DNA of 64,000 nt from Penicillus capitatus (GCA_965649825.1 OZ287703.1:310001-374000); one strand, 5' to 3'. Shown: positions 22,089 to 35,587, numbered from the stretch's first letter. Notes: generated by a model not told the origin, from the sequence alone. Numbers and translations: made by a program.

Positions 22089-24853
22089 ATGACCCACCAG
22101 CTTACCGATGCGGCAGCCAAAGGATACGCTCTTTTGCGAAAATGGGAAAACCTTTCGCCATTAGACACCGAGCAATTAGCTGCGATCGATCTTATCGCGA
22201 AGCACAGCCACACGCGCCAGCTTCCCGCCCACCTTGTATCTACACCGACGGACCATGACACTTCCTCGCGACAGGAAACCGTATCAGCTGAAGAAACAGG
22301 CGCCGTCTTGCACAGCAGTCAGGCGTTCTATCAATGGTATGCCAAACTGGAGGCCCTCCGAGTCTCTGAGGCAGAACGAAAATATGACGACTACGCTGCT
22401 ACACTAGCTGCGCAGTTGAAAACCTGTCACGACGCTTCTCGACTGATACACGACACCTTGACAGCACTGAACCAAACGCTGAAGCTTTACAAGGATGCTG
22501 TGGGAAGGTGATTCCATATGGCCTTATTGAGTTCTCACTCTTTTGCAATCAACAGATCGCGTTCGATGAGAGAAACTGGGGAGAGACTGGTTGCCGAGCA
22601 GGAGCAGCTGAATGAATTTGCTGTGGCCATTCGAGAACGTCTACAACATTTTGATGAGCTGGAATCTGTCGCTGCCGAATTCCATTCTGTGGCGACGTCC
22701 CTTGAAACAGCCGATCTGCAGACACAGAGCACTTCCATCTTTGCCAGATTTCTCGCCGTCCTTGCACGACTGGATGAATGCATTTCCTATGTCAGCGCCA
22801 ACCCACAGTGATCTTGCTTCGATCCTGTCCTTCTGAGACAAGCATGCGTCATCTTACAGATATTCTGAAGCTGTTGTCTACGAGGCTCGGTTTCGACAGC
22901 TGCACAGCCGAGCGCTTGGTGGAATACTCCATCGAGTACGCGAGATTCTTAAATTCGCTGTGAAGAACCTGTCACCCAAACCAACATCTCCGTCCGAAAC
23001 GGTTACAGAGGATGAGGAAAGGAGTAACCATTACATCAAGTGTGTGACCACCAGTGGATGATGCATGTTAAGATGAACATTTAGATTCCGTGCTTTGGTG
23101 GAAGAACAACTGCAAGCCGTTTTCGCAGAGCTCTGCGAAAGAAGCACCCATGCGGCGTATAAAAAGTCAGTCGTCTATCTCTTTTTGACCTTAAATCTCA
23201 CTCCATCTCATTTGACCCAGGATCTACGAGGACTGTCAACTTGCTTTTTGCAACGCACGGAGAGCTCTGCTGACGGATCCAGTCAAAAAAAGGATAGACG
23301 AGATGCGAGAGGAGCCACTTGCCTCTCTGCTCAGGGAAGGCTTTTCCAACTTAGTGAACGTAAGCTCGTCGAGTTGGGTATGGCGGAACTTCATGTGCTG
23401 TTGGGATCGAAGGTGTGTCGGCTGGAACACGAGCTCTTTCTGCGCTTCTTTCCGGAAAAGGATCATTCACCGACGGCACTGACGTCAATGATCGAAGCTC
23501 TCGGGACCATTCTGTACGAGCGCATCCGTCCCAGACTCATTGCTGCTAAATCCGTTAACGATCTCTGTGATTATGCGTCCATCCTGCAATTGGAAATAGG
23601 AGAAGGTCAGATCGAGAGGCAGGCAGACATGACGACATCTGCCTTTCAGCTAACGCTTTCTTTGATACAGTGCCGGTGAATCTGCTCATGCGTTGAGATC
23701 TGTCGTCAGCCGGACATTGGCCGACGCACAGGGGAGACTTGTCTACAAAGCGCAGGCCTTTATCGAAGAGAAGATCTCGCGTTACGAGCCCACAGCCGAG
23801 GAGATGGCACTCGTTACCATGCCGCCGTCACAGGATGACGAAGATGCACAAGACGAGACTCCGTCAGCAACTGAGCGGGACTCGTGGTACAGTCCACTGC
23901 GCGTGGCACTGGAAACGCTAGAGAAGCTCTATCTCGCACTCGAGCCGACAGTTTTCGGCGGCATCGCTCACGACACCGTCTGCGCTTGTTCGCTCTCCAT
24001 CGAAAAGGTACATACATTCCCTCCCAGTACACATGTCGTTATCGCCGTTGTCATCACGCTGCATCGACAGGCACTCTCGGTCGTCTCGCAGACGGCGGGT
24101 GCGTTTCAAGGGCAGTTGTTTGCCATCCGTCATCTGCTGATCCTCAGAGAAGAGCTCGTTCGATTTCGAATGGATTTCTCTCTGACGGAGAAGGATCTCG
24201 ATTTTCATCATATGAGAGATCACATGCGTCGCGTACTGTCGGGTGCGTTGCGTCGTTGCATCTGGCCGTTTGCCAAGGGATCGCCGCAGGAGAGGTGTCT
24301 GTGTTTCGACTGCCGGCAACTAATGTCGCGCAACTTGTCAGCTGGACAGCTCCGAGAGTGACGGACGTGCAGGTCGATTCAAAGAAGAGGCTGGAGAAGC
24401 AACTCAAGGAATCCTGCGAGGCTCTCATCGTCATCGCGACCAAGGCACTTGTGGAACCACTGCTCAATTTCTTGACAAAGGTACTCTCGATCCATCGTCA
24501 TCATGCTCGGACGTGTGTCTCAGGCGAATGCCATTAGAGGAAGCGGCGGAGAATCGAGTGGCAAGCCCTTGCCCGATCACGCCTTTGCAGCTGTGGAGCG
24601 ATTGTCCGAGATCGTTCAGCATGTGAACGCGGCACTGGCGTCGACACTGCCAGATATCGTCGGCAAGATGCGATCGCATCTGCGACAAGAAGGCACATTC
24701 GCCACACTCTATCGGCCAATTCGCGCCAACGTTCTCGACGCGCACGCACAGATGACAACCATCCTCGAAAGAGACTACGATGGTGTGGACATCAGGGATA
24801 TACCCCTCAAGTCGAGGGACGAACTAATCTCGATTATGGACTGTCTCTCGTAG
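22089..24853 (+). CDS. COG3: Conserved oligomeric Golgi complex subunit 3 (Sec34)
   Basis: QFYQWYAKLE, ERLQHFDELE, LARLDECISYVSANPQ, LYERIRPRLI, LADAQGRLVYKAQ, QLFAIRHLLILREELVRFRMDF, KKRLEKQLKESCE. Confidence 0.93.
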
Positions 24854-24856
24854 CGT

Positions 24857-26177
24857 TTATAGTACGAGATCGTCTGCATCTAACTGCGTCAGCTTTGGTA
24901 GCATTGCACGGACACGTGTCTTGTAATTCTGATGCCCTGCCTACATACATTGATCGATCTACTTAACGGTGTTGGATAGCCTACGATCCTCACGATGGGA
25001 TTGTTTTCCAAGTAGATAGTACTCAGTGTCTGTCTCGGTCCTTCAAGACTTTCGTACAGTCCATCCCATTCGTCCAGTTGATTGTCGTTCAGCCAAAGAT
25101 CTTCGAGAATCGTTTGCGCATCGAGGCCTTCGACCTTCACAAGTCGGTTGCTGCTGACGTCTAACACCCGCAGTTTCGAAAGGGACTGCAGACCCTACGG
25201 CGCACAACGGCGCTGTTTAGCCGAACCGTAACGGAATCGCACCTCCAGACGCGTAATGCCGTTGTGACTGAGGTAGATTTCTTCGAGAGAGGTACAGGAT
25301 TCCAGACCTTCTCGCACAGGCACTGTCGGCGACGAAGGCCCGTCGAAACATACCGTTCATGTTATCCAGTCTATTGCTTTGCAGACTGAGTTTTTTCAAA
25401 TTCGTGAGGGTAGACATGTTCTCAATCTTGGTAATTCTGTTGCGACCGAGCCACAGCTCCTCAAGTCGTTCCAGATGCGCCAACGCTTCGATTTTTCGTA
25501 TCCGATTGAATCCGAGCTCAAGGATCCGCAATTTGGTGAAGAAAGACAATTCTTCGATGACGGCTATTTTGTTCGAAGCCAGAAACAGATTCTCGAGACC
25601 GGCTGCAGACAACGCCGTCAGCGGCGCCATCGAACGAATCTGTCCACACAGTATCGCCTAGGCGTCGTCGACAGGAATCGATCGCCGACTTGATTGTAAG
25701 ACAACTCGAGGCCAGCCAGATTGGAAAAACCATCCAGTTGCGGAATCTGGACCACAAGAGCGGACATATCTCCTCGATTACGAGGGAAAAACGTGAAGCT
25801 GCACTTCTTGGTAGTGATTGTCTCTTAACTCCAGGTACTCGAGCTTCGATTTCGACGCCAAATGTTCGACCTCTGACGCATCGGAAAGCAAATTCTGCCG
25901 AAAGCACAGGCTTCGGAGTTCTGCAATTCATCGCGTCCTGCATCTGGTGCGGCATTCAAACGCGACACCTTGTAAATGAAGGATACGTGGGTCCACTTTG
26001 GCCAGCCGGTTACATGTCAAGTCGATTTCCTGAACAGGACGCCTCGTTGCGCAAGGAAAGAAGACAGATTTGTCGTCAATGTACTGTCAGCGTCACGGGG
26101 ATGTCGACTTCCTGCAGGTCGTGTAGGTGTTCGTTCGTCAAGTCGAGAACATCGGCATTTTCATCGCGTTCCTGCAT
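24857..26177 (-). CDS. SDS22: Protein phosphatase 1 regulatory subunit 7 (SDS22-like LRR protein)
   Basis: LRR repeats LENLFLASNKI, LRILELGFNRI, LEELWLGRNRI, LKKLSLQSNRL, LEDLWLNDNQL, LSTIYLENNP, and LRR cap NYKTRVRAMLPKLTQLDA. TAA at 24857-24859. Confidence 0.9.
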
Positions 26178-26355
26178 GGAGCTTAGAATTGCCGTACGGA
26201 CGAGGCGACGAATACGCGAATAACTGTCGCGTCAGGGAGGTCGGATGCATCGAGGGCACAACCACGCGATTCAAAGCACCAACCAACTGACAGCCGTCAG
26301 CAAGGCATTATTCATAACTCGTCGCTTTACCGCGACGTTGGCGGCGCGTTGCCTG

Positions 26356-27172
26356 TCATCTTTCTGCTCGAACGGTTTTTTTGTTAAGAATGCGTCCAAA
26401 ACGTTTCGGCGGCCAGATCTGAGGATTAGAGCGTAGGAAGACGAGAAGAAGGTCTATACGAGATCACCTGAAACCATGGCCTTCCGTGGAGAAGAGCCTT
26501 CGGTATAGGACCATAGTCACGACAGTCGCGGCTGACGCGGGGGCAATCGCCTTCCAACCACACATGTCCTTCCGGGACCTACACACAAAAAACTGAATTT
26601 GCCGGAGAATGGGCAAAGACGCTGTTTTCGCACGATGAGTGTTCTGCCCTGCAGCGCGCTTCCGTCCATAGGCACGCGAACGATCTCGCCGGCCTCGGCA
26701 ACGAGTCTCTTGCAGATACGTTTGTTTAGTTCTATTGGACTGTATGCAAGCACTACGTCTCCTGCCAGGCAAAGCTCACCGACTCAAGCGAAGCTCCCTC
26801 AGCGTCGACGTGCCTTTTTCAAATTCCGGCAGAATGTGCAAAAGCGACGTCTTTAGACTAGGAGGCAACCATCGTAGATGCTGAACCCATCCCGGGAGCC
26901 ACGACGTGAAGCACTCCGTCAGGACAATGTCGCCAGAGAGACGTGGATAGTTAAAGGTCGGAAGCATGGACGGGCCGGAGATCTGAAAGGGGACACAACC
27001 AGTCCTTCTTCATAACTCCAAGTCACACGCAGGATGTACGCCTTACGACGAGGGATTCGACGCCGACATAGTCATGGTACCAGATGATGAAACCCGTCGC
27101 CTGGAGCGCAGATACCAGGAAAGCACCGGCTGGACGTAGCCTCGTGCGCAGTCGACCGACCCATGTCGCCAT
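26356..27172 (-). CDS. IMP1: Mitochondrial inner membrane peptidase subunit 1 (S26 peptidase)
   Basis: GPSMLPTFN (catalytic Ser), GDVVLAYSP, RICKRLVA (catalytic Lys), VPEGHVWLEGD, DCRDYGPIP, IWPPKRFG. Confidence 0.88.
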
Positions 27173-27205
27173 TAAAAACGATAATCTAAGTACGTGCATT
27201 GCACC

Positions 27206-28076
27206 ATGACCGTATACGCGTCGCTGCCGCGACCGCTTCTGTACCCGCGAACGTCGCTGGTCCCACACTTAAGCTGCGCCCGTCGCTATCGAGCTTTGGT
27301 GAAATCGTCGTTCCGACCGCGAAAGCGACAGACTTGGACGCGCCACGCGGCGGAGAGAAAATCGAACGGGCGACGAGGGAAGGTACCGACGACGCAGTAC
27401 GAGGACGATGGATGGGATCCTCACGCCCCTTCCTACAACTATCCGCCCACTCGGAACTCTTCGCGGCTCACAGAGCGCGACAGCGACGCCGTTTCCGAGT
27501 TTTCGTCCCTGTCGCCTTTTACGAATGCTCTGATCGGTGGGGCTTTCGTCCTGGGAATAGGAGCAGGTGTCTACTTTGCCTCAGAGGTGCGTGTCGACAT
27601 CGCATTTGGGAACGGGCACGCGTTGCTTGAGTAGGTCACGGTGGAGCCAGCTAATGTGGCGTCGACCGAGATCGTGGATCGTCGGACGCCCAGTTCGGAG
27701 ATTTGCATGGCGAACGGTTTCAGCTCTATGGTCTTCGATCAGCGTCTCTTTGTCTCGTTCAATCCGTGAGACGTCATGTCACTCTCACTCTTCTGACGAT
27801 TCTCTCTTCAGGTTCAATGTCTACGTGGCGCAGCCAGAAATCAAACCCGGCTGCATTTTGCGAAGGAGTAATGTCAATGTCCTCGAAAGGAGAAAACTCG
27901 TTTCCAAAGAGGCAGTCGAGACGTGCAAGAAGAGCATGAATACGTTTGCGTTTGTGGGAGACCTAAAAGACAACCCAGAGATCTCATGCGTCTACCACAG
28001 TGAAGATGCCGAGAATCAGTTTTTGGTTGACCCCAAGAGGGCCGTCATGGGAGATGGCTATCAAGCCAAACCGTGA
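27206..28076 (+). CDS. DUF3172-family plastid membrane protein
   Basis: Transit-peptide-like N-terminus, TM ALIGGAFVLGIGAGVYF, NVASTEIVDRRTPSSEICMANGFSSMVFDQRLFVSFNPFNVYVAQPEIKPGCILRRSN, MNTFAFVGDL, CVYHSEDAENQFL. Confidence 0.85.
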
Positions 28077-28452
28077 GTGACGCATACGGATATCTGAATT
28101 GAAATTCAATTCTCTTCGAACCGTCAAGCGACGACACGCATCGACCCGCAATTCCGTGTTGCGTCGCTCGACGGCATTGTGTACAGGGTGACCTCTTTCC
28201 AGTCACGGCAACGTCTTGTATGGTCTCGTCATCCGATCCTTCAAGAACGGACGCTCCATGTACTGTTTGCCGCTTCGTTATATGCAAACCTCATTTGATT
28301 GCACCCGACGTTGATAGCGTCGTGGAACAGCGACAAACTCAAGAAGGGTTACAGATGTCGTCGGAGCATTTCGCAGCATTCGCGTGATTAGAGGGCCAGG
28401 TGTCGTTACGGAAGAAGAAAGTGGTGTCATCTGTGATTTAGGTCTTCTTGCG

Positions 28453-29666
28453 TCAGCGTCTTTTTGAGACGCCCGTCTTGTTTTTGGCAGATTCGGCAGG
28501 AAGTGAACGCTTTCCTAGCGTGCTCTTGCTCTCTCTGGCGGCATCCAGTCTTCTGACCGTGGATGTCTTGACGCGACGAATGGCCACAAACTCCGACAGT
28601 CGCTTGATCAATCGTCCGTCGTCTCGGTAGTCCGACTGCGGCACTTCCAAAGACTTCTCGTGCGTTGCATCGTCTGTGTCCTCATGCTCCTCTTCCTCCG
28701 CCGCCTTCAAAGCATGCTTCGGATCCGGATGCACCGTCTTATCTGGCCATGGCGCCAGGCAAACCGTAGAGTTCTGTTGCGTGTCTGGACCGCTATCTTC
28801 TCTGTTCTCCCCGCAAGGACGAAAGTCTTCTACCCGTCCGTAGCGCCACTCCGTCTCCTGTATCCAATTTGAACGTCGAAAGCATACGACACGATTGGTG
28901 CACTTGTGGAGACCACGAGGCAGAGAGTTCGATGAGCTTGTACATAACGACATTGCCAACTGCCAGCGATCCCTTCACCGACTTCCAGTTCTTCAATGGC
29001 TCCCTGGGCAAGGCATTTCCTTTCCTCCCCGGCAGGCTTCGGTTCGTTCCATTCGCTGGGATCACATCCTCTGTCTCTTTCACGGCAGAATTGGAAGCCG
29101 AATCTGAACGGGAGTCTTCGGACGAAGATGTTTCCGAGTCTTTCTCCTCCGTCTCACTCGACGACGACGCATTCGACGACGCCCCTTTCCGAGCATTCTC
29201 CTGCTGCCCTCTTGACTGAGGTGTCGAACTGCTGCCGCTTGTACTCGAGTCAGAGGCGCTCGAATCATTACAGGCGTTCGAATCGGAGGTGCTTTCATCT
29301 TCAGAGCTGGAAGAGCGATCCTTAGATGTGTCCCTTGGGCGATGAGAAACGTGTATGACTTCTCCTTCCCTCAGAATCTCGATAGCGCTTCGAGGAAAGA
29401 CAACGAAGCCATCGATAGAAAACACCAGCTCGTCGCTCACACCGAGATCCCCGGCAAGCTAAACGACATATGAACGGCGGCGATATCGGCGTTGACTCTT
29501 ATGCACCTTCTTCGAGAGTTCGTCGATGCCCTGAACTTCCTGATCGATATAATACCTGCAGAAATGCGACACATTCAAGTCGGTACGGCTACACGGAATA
29601 TCACAGGAGGCGTCGGTCTTTCACTGCCGAGGGAAGCGCGTCATCGAGTTCGAACGACAACCGCAT
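28453..29666 (-). CDS. Coilin-like protein (Cajal body)
   Basis: N-terminal MRLSFELDD...LVFSIDGFVVFPRSAIEILREGEVIHV (coilin N domain), Ser/acidic linker, C-terminal Tudor-like LAVGNVVMYKLIELSASWSPQ..WRYGRV. 3' end uncertain; it could extend below 28453 by splicing. Confidence 0.72.
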
Positions 29667-29711
29667 CGTCGCATTCGAGACAAAAGCGTACGGCAATTGT
29701 TGATAGTCTTT

Positions 29712-32700
29712 TCATGTCTTCATGTGCTGTCGAGTGTACTCATAGAGAGTGAGCGCCCCAGTGACGTGCACATTCAGGGACCGGATTACTCCGAGCTGCG
29801 GAATCTCGATGGTCGTATCGATCACTTGAAGAACATCTGCAGGAATGCCTTCTTTCTCACGGCCCAATACCATCACGCATTTTTGAGGAAAGGGATACGT
29901 CATGAGTGACTGCGACGCTGAAGTCTGTTCGATTCCGATGATATGATAGCCGCACGTTTTTTTCGCTTCGAGCCACGGGACCAAAGCAATGGGCCTCACC
30001 TCTTCGATCTGGATCCAGTCCTCGGCTGTGACGCTGATCGAAGCAAAGCTCTGGTTCTTGATGACATTGCGATCGGACAGGACGAGCGATTCTGCTCGGA
30101 AGACTTCACAGGATCGTGCCAGTCCTGCGAGATTCGGAATCTTGTCGATGAGAGATGCCACAACGATGATCGACGCCCGCTGCACAGCCGGAGACGTCCA
30201 CGAACGCAGTAGATCTTCTTGATCAAACATTGGATGCTGGGCATCAGAGACGACATCCAATGACAGACCCCAAGAAACCGTGACATCTCCTCCGTGAATC
30301 TGAGCCTGTTGCTCGATGGTCGTGATCTTTCGCTGTACGGCAGGATGCGGATAGCTTCTGGATGGATCCGACAACGCAAGGCTGCTCCGATGAGAGCCGA
30401 TCTCTTTTTCATAGACAGCTGCATCGTTCGCCTCGCGTACTTTGATGCGCTCTTCAGCAAGAAAAATCTGAATGCGCTCTGTCAGTGCCTCGGGAGATGC
30501 TTCGAACCCCGTATCCTCTCTGTTTCGACTGTCCGGAACGGCGAAGACGTGTTGTGGTGCTGGCCACGGTTTCTGAAGGTCGTGTGCATGGAGTTGCAGG
30601 ATACTGACTCCCAAGCCTTTTTTCAAGCGAACCAGCTCTTTGTTTTGCATAAGGTATTTTGAGACATTTGGCCATGTATGGATGCCCACGTCTTGCTGAA
30701 AATCATTGGTTTCGAGCAGTGACTGCATTGTTGCGGATTCCTGAATGTGTGAGATGCATGCATCGATAGTCAGTTGGGCAAAGGCCCGCGTGGCATGGTT
30801 GTGTGTCATGCACCAAGGGAAAACGGCACGGACCGTTTCCGCCATTAACGCCCGCTGCTCTTCGGGATCTGGACTCGACATAGCCACCTAGATGTAAGAC
30901 CACAGATGCATCGATAGGGTAAAGAGACACGGTGGGTGGGTGTACTTGGAAGACAATCAGCATGCAAGCTGGAAGCGCCTCATGACGGCGTTCGTAGTTC
31001 TGCAGAATTGGAAAGAGAAAGCTTCGGATTTCAGAAGGATTTTGCATGAGGATGCGACAAACAGTCATCTCGACGTACATACGTACACTGGAAAGATTTC
31101 CAGCTGTCAAGATATCCATGAGACACGGAAGAGCGGATTGTCTGAGAGAGGCACTGTGGACAAAGTGACTGCAGAGTGCGAGAATCTGCCAGAGGCGTAG
31201 CTTCGCGCGATGCGTTTCGGATCCCATTCGATACTGTGTCTGCACTTGCAGAGGATCCTGCTGAGCCACGCTCAAAAGGTGTGACCACAGCTCCACCCCT
31301 GCCACCATCGCTGTACGCCTCTCATCTCACAGAGCGAAGCGCATTGGGCTCAAATCACCTGCAGATGTCTGCGTGGTCGATACCGCTGTCGGATCTGAGC
31401 AGCGATGATGTAACCCGGCTTCTTTGACAAGACCGTAGACAAAGCATCCGATGGCCACTCGAGGTGCAACGAGGGATGTCTGAAAAGCAGAGAGAAGATC
31501 TTCATCGCACAAGGCATTCTCCGATCTCATGGCTTCAAAATCCACGAAGGCCTTGACAGAAAATCCTGCCTGTCACATCATCTATCCATGCATTTGTGTT
31601 GTACTTTGGATTCGATGTCTGGACATCCCTTGTCCTTGGCATCGTGCAGAATGATTCTGGTGAGATGCGGCAGGTAACATCGTATCCTTTCTGGATTCCG
31701 TTGCAGCGCTTCTAAGAGACGCATGGTGGTCATCATCAACACTCGAGGAGACAGGCGACCAAAATCCAGCAACTGTGCAGCAATCCAATTCACAGGACCA
31801 CCATCTTCATGCAGAGCATCCCCATCCTCTAAGTCCCTCTGACACATGAAGCCGTGAGCATGACCCATCCTTCTCATGCGCAAGAGATGGTACGTCCACC
31901 TTACTTGGAAGAACTCTGGATGCAGTGCAAGATGAACAGTGGCTGCCGATATCTCCACAGTTTTGGACGCATCGAGGAAGGCTGACCAGAGGCACTGCAG
32001 AACTTCGCGGAGATCGACGTCTGAAACAGCCACGTGTTCGACTGCTCCGTCAGCACAGGCCCCTCTCTGTCCGAGTCTTGGCAACGGATTGCGAAGCAGA
32101 AGGTGCAGAACGTGAACGACCGGGACATAAGCGGCCTCGTCGACATGCTGAAGGTAATCTAATGCCTTTTCCAGCAGTTGGACCTGCGAATGGATTTCGA
32201 GCCAGAGGCTATGGTGTTCATCACTAACCTGGGTCTCTTTGGCGATGCAAGGCGCGATCATACAAAGCCGCTCGATGCATCTCCATTTCAGGACGGCTCT
32301 GTCTTCGAACTGTCCGACAGATCCTTCAGGCTGGCACAAAAATCGGCACTTTGGTTTGGAGGCAACGGTATGTATATGGTACCGAGAAATCGGGGATGCT
32401 TAGCAAGTACTGAAAGCGCTTTTCGGTGCTGTCTGGTATCGCGACGGTGTCTCTGTGGAGATAGATGTGACGGTAGATGGTGTGTTGGACATGCAGGAAC
32501 ACTTCACAGACGGACACATTCTCATCAAGGGCACTTGTACTCTGTCACGTCAGCATAGAATGCGTTATGCTCATCAGATGATGGATACCTCCAATAACGG
32601 AGTCCATCGATCGTCTTCGAGGTCCAGCAGTTGACAAGACTTGAGCAAAAACGCTGAGTAGACATGCTGCGTCTCTCCTTCCTGGCAATTCTTCTTTAAG

Positions 32701-35587
32701 AACCTAAAAAAGGGATCTTAAGTGAATGGCCTGGAAGGTTCTGTCAACGGACTGGAGACCCAAGAAGAGACAGTCCAAAGAAAGGACAGTTTCGTGATAG
32801 TGTTCGAGGGAAACACCGTCAGGAGAGACCCGCATCAGCACACCATTGAACATGTGCACACACATCATGTGAATCTCACTCATTGTGCCACACAACAAAC
32901 GTACAATGGCTTGACTTCCTGTCGCATCAGGGAAGCCGTCCATAGCAGCCTGGAGAAGCAAGCATATCGCGATCTTGTGAGAGTACGTGGCAGACAGACG
33001 TTTAGCAAAGCATTGATGGCGAGATAGATGCGTGTGTTCATCCCCTGTGGTTTATAGGGGCGTGCGTACAGCCCGAGGAGATGCGGTTCCAGAATAGAGC
33101 ACATGGACCGCGCTGTGATCTGCACTCCATGGGCCAACAGAAAGAGCAGCAGCCTCTGCAGATGTTCAGCGCTCTTCTGCCAACTCTGCAAGCATCTCTG
33201 CATCGGATAGAAATCATCCTCCCTCACTCTTTGGACTTTGAAATCGGCTGCGGATTCCTCAGTGGATGATGCAAGGAGGGTGTGTTCCACGAGGTGGAGT
33301 GCAGCCTGATGCACGCGATTGGTGGACTCTTCGTCCGCGTAGAGCCACTCGGAGATGTTCCCATGTAATGGCCCGTTGAGTATGAGCAAGGTATGGGGAA
33401 AGGCATCCATCGTTGCATAGAGACTGGAGAATTGCAGCCGAGTCACAGGGGCGAGCGTCTTCAGGACTTCGATCATGCAACGGTACAGATTCAGCTTGAA
33501 GGCATTCCCGTGTACATTGTGGATAACTGAGATCAAGCACTGCACTCGAAACGACAGGATATCTGTTAAGCATTGCCACATGCCATATCCAAATGATGAC
33601 AACGAAGTCACGCACTCGATTCTTCGCAACTCAGACTGGATGGCGAGACACACGAGGCAATGGCGCCAAACGTGGAGACAGACGATTTCAGCGCCGTCCT
33701 CGAAATGTCTGGCACAAAGACGACCTCCAAGAATGCAGAGAGAAACTCAAATCGCTCTCCATCTCTCAACGACGTGACGTGCATCTTCATAAATGCTTCA
33801 CACGCTGACTGAAGATCGCTGCGTTATTGAGCAGGGGGACGGAGAAGACGGCATAACTTGATGGTCGAACTCTGATGGATCCGATTGAATGGCGTCCGAA
33901 GCAACACACGGGAGAAGAACCCGGAAGAGGAACTCAGACGTCAGAGATCTCGTCTGACGTGACGTCCATTGCATTTCCAGAAACGTTCTAAGAACGAGGC
34001 GTTGAACCTGGTCACACAATCACTCTCTATCTCATGCCATCATTTTGCAGATGGGAGAACTTGGTGATTCTTATGTCTAAGACCTTTCTTCCAGAGAATA
34101 ACAGTCCACGACAGACAGCTATCAATGCCGTCCGTCCCATCACGCTCGATGCAAGAATGCAGTGTATGCATCTGACACAGCCCGTAGAGGACCTGTGCTA
34201 TCGATCGATGAAATCGCACTTTTTTCCATTCGTGCTGAATGAGGTGCAGACCAAATTCGTTCAAAGTGTGATAAAGAGAGAGAAAGGTGTCGTGCCAGGA
34301 AAGGGCGGCGGCGGCGGCGGCGGACGGTGCTGTCCAGAGTTTCTCCAGTGCGAAGTATGCTCTCTTGCACATGAGGGCATCCGAACTGGACTACGTAGCA
34401 TCACACTAAGTCACACTTCACGAGAGGGGGATTCACCATCGCCGTTTGCAGACGGTGCATGAATTGGGAGTTGTCGCAGAGTTCCGAAGCTGGCTGGATC
34501 CTGAGAATGCACTCAAGGAACTGCACCCATCCGGCGAAAGCAAACCCCACTTCGTTCTCATCCGACATCATCGAACAGAGCTTCGCCGAAAGCGTTCTTG
34601 CAAAATCTCGCAGCACATCTGACATCTCTGGTAACACCATACAGCTGCGATGTCTCACTCTTTCTCGAAAGTGTGATACCTGATGCGAACCGTAGGGACA
34701 ATTCGAGAAGACAAGGAATCAGTAATCGCAAAGCTATCCGCCGCACGCTGATCAGCACATGTGACAGAGCATCTACGAACGTATCGAATGCTCTCGGTAT
34801 CCATTGCAAGAGCACATCTAAGAGTGCGAGAGTGACCAATCCTATCCGATCTACCACATCGAACAACAACGCATACCTGTCTGTGTCGTTCGTGCCTTGA
34901 GCAGGGGACGGAAGAGTGAAGAGAGGACGATGCTCGACGCTTCTGTGCCCAACGATGCGATATCAGCTGTAGTCCTCTTTTCCTCCGATGCGTTCCAGGG
35001 GGATGACGGCAAGGAGAGTCTAAGCATTGCCTTATCGGCGACGGTTTGCAGACCAGACACTCCATAGCACTGAAGCAAAGCGTCACCCAGTGCATCCATC
35101 GCCTGATGTCACATCAAATCGAGATCGACGGTATGGTGTCGCGTCGTTTGACAAACCAGACGCTGTTGTTGGTGATGTGACGGATTCGTTTCGGCAAAGA
35201 CGTTCACAAGACACTTGGCAAGGCACCGCTCCATCTCTGTATCTGTTCAGCACCATACAGCAACAACAGTCGCTATCTCCTTCATGACGACCTAAGTCCT
35301 GCTCGTTTCCTTCACAGATGTCCATCAGCTGAACGAGGATGGCGATCCTGGACAAAGCCAATTCATATCCCTACGGTTTCAGATCGATCCAGTCGATATC
35401 GCCCATCCAGCAGCACCTGTCGGTGGCTATCGCGCTGGACATGTGAGACAAAGCGCATACGCAGGTCGCCGCGATCGACATCCAGTCCATCGATCAAGCG
35501 GCGAAAGATGCGCATCCGCGTGTGAAATGGGAGGCCATCGAGGGTGGGTAGAAGATCAAGTAGCTTTTGCATCTCGACCGTCGACAT
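29712..35587 (-). CDS. TRM3: tRNA (guanosine-18) 2'-O-methyltransferase TRM3/TARBP1-like: large helical N-terminal region plus C-terminal SpoU domain
   Basis: C-terminal IVVASLIDKIPNLAGLARSCEVF, VLGREKEGIP, IEIPQLGVIRSLNVHVTG, YEYTRQH. Upstream RAKLRLWQIL, SVRMYVE, THNHATRAFAQ. Many short introns. 5' end uncertain (35587-35815). Confidence 0.88.
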
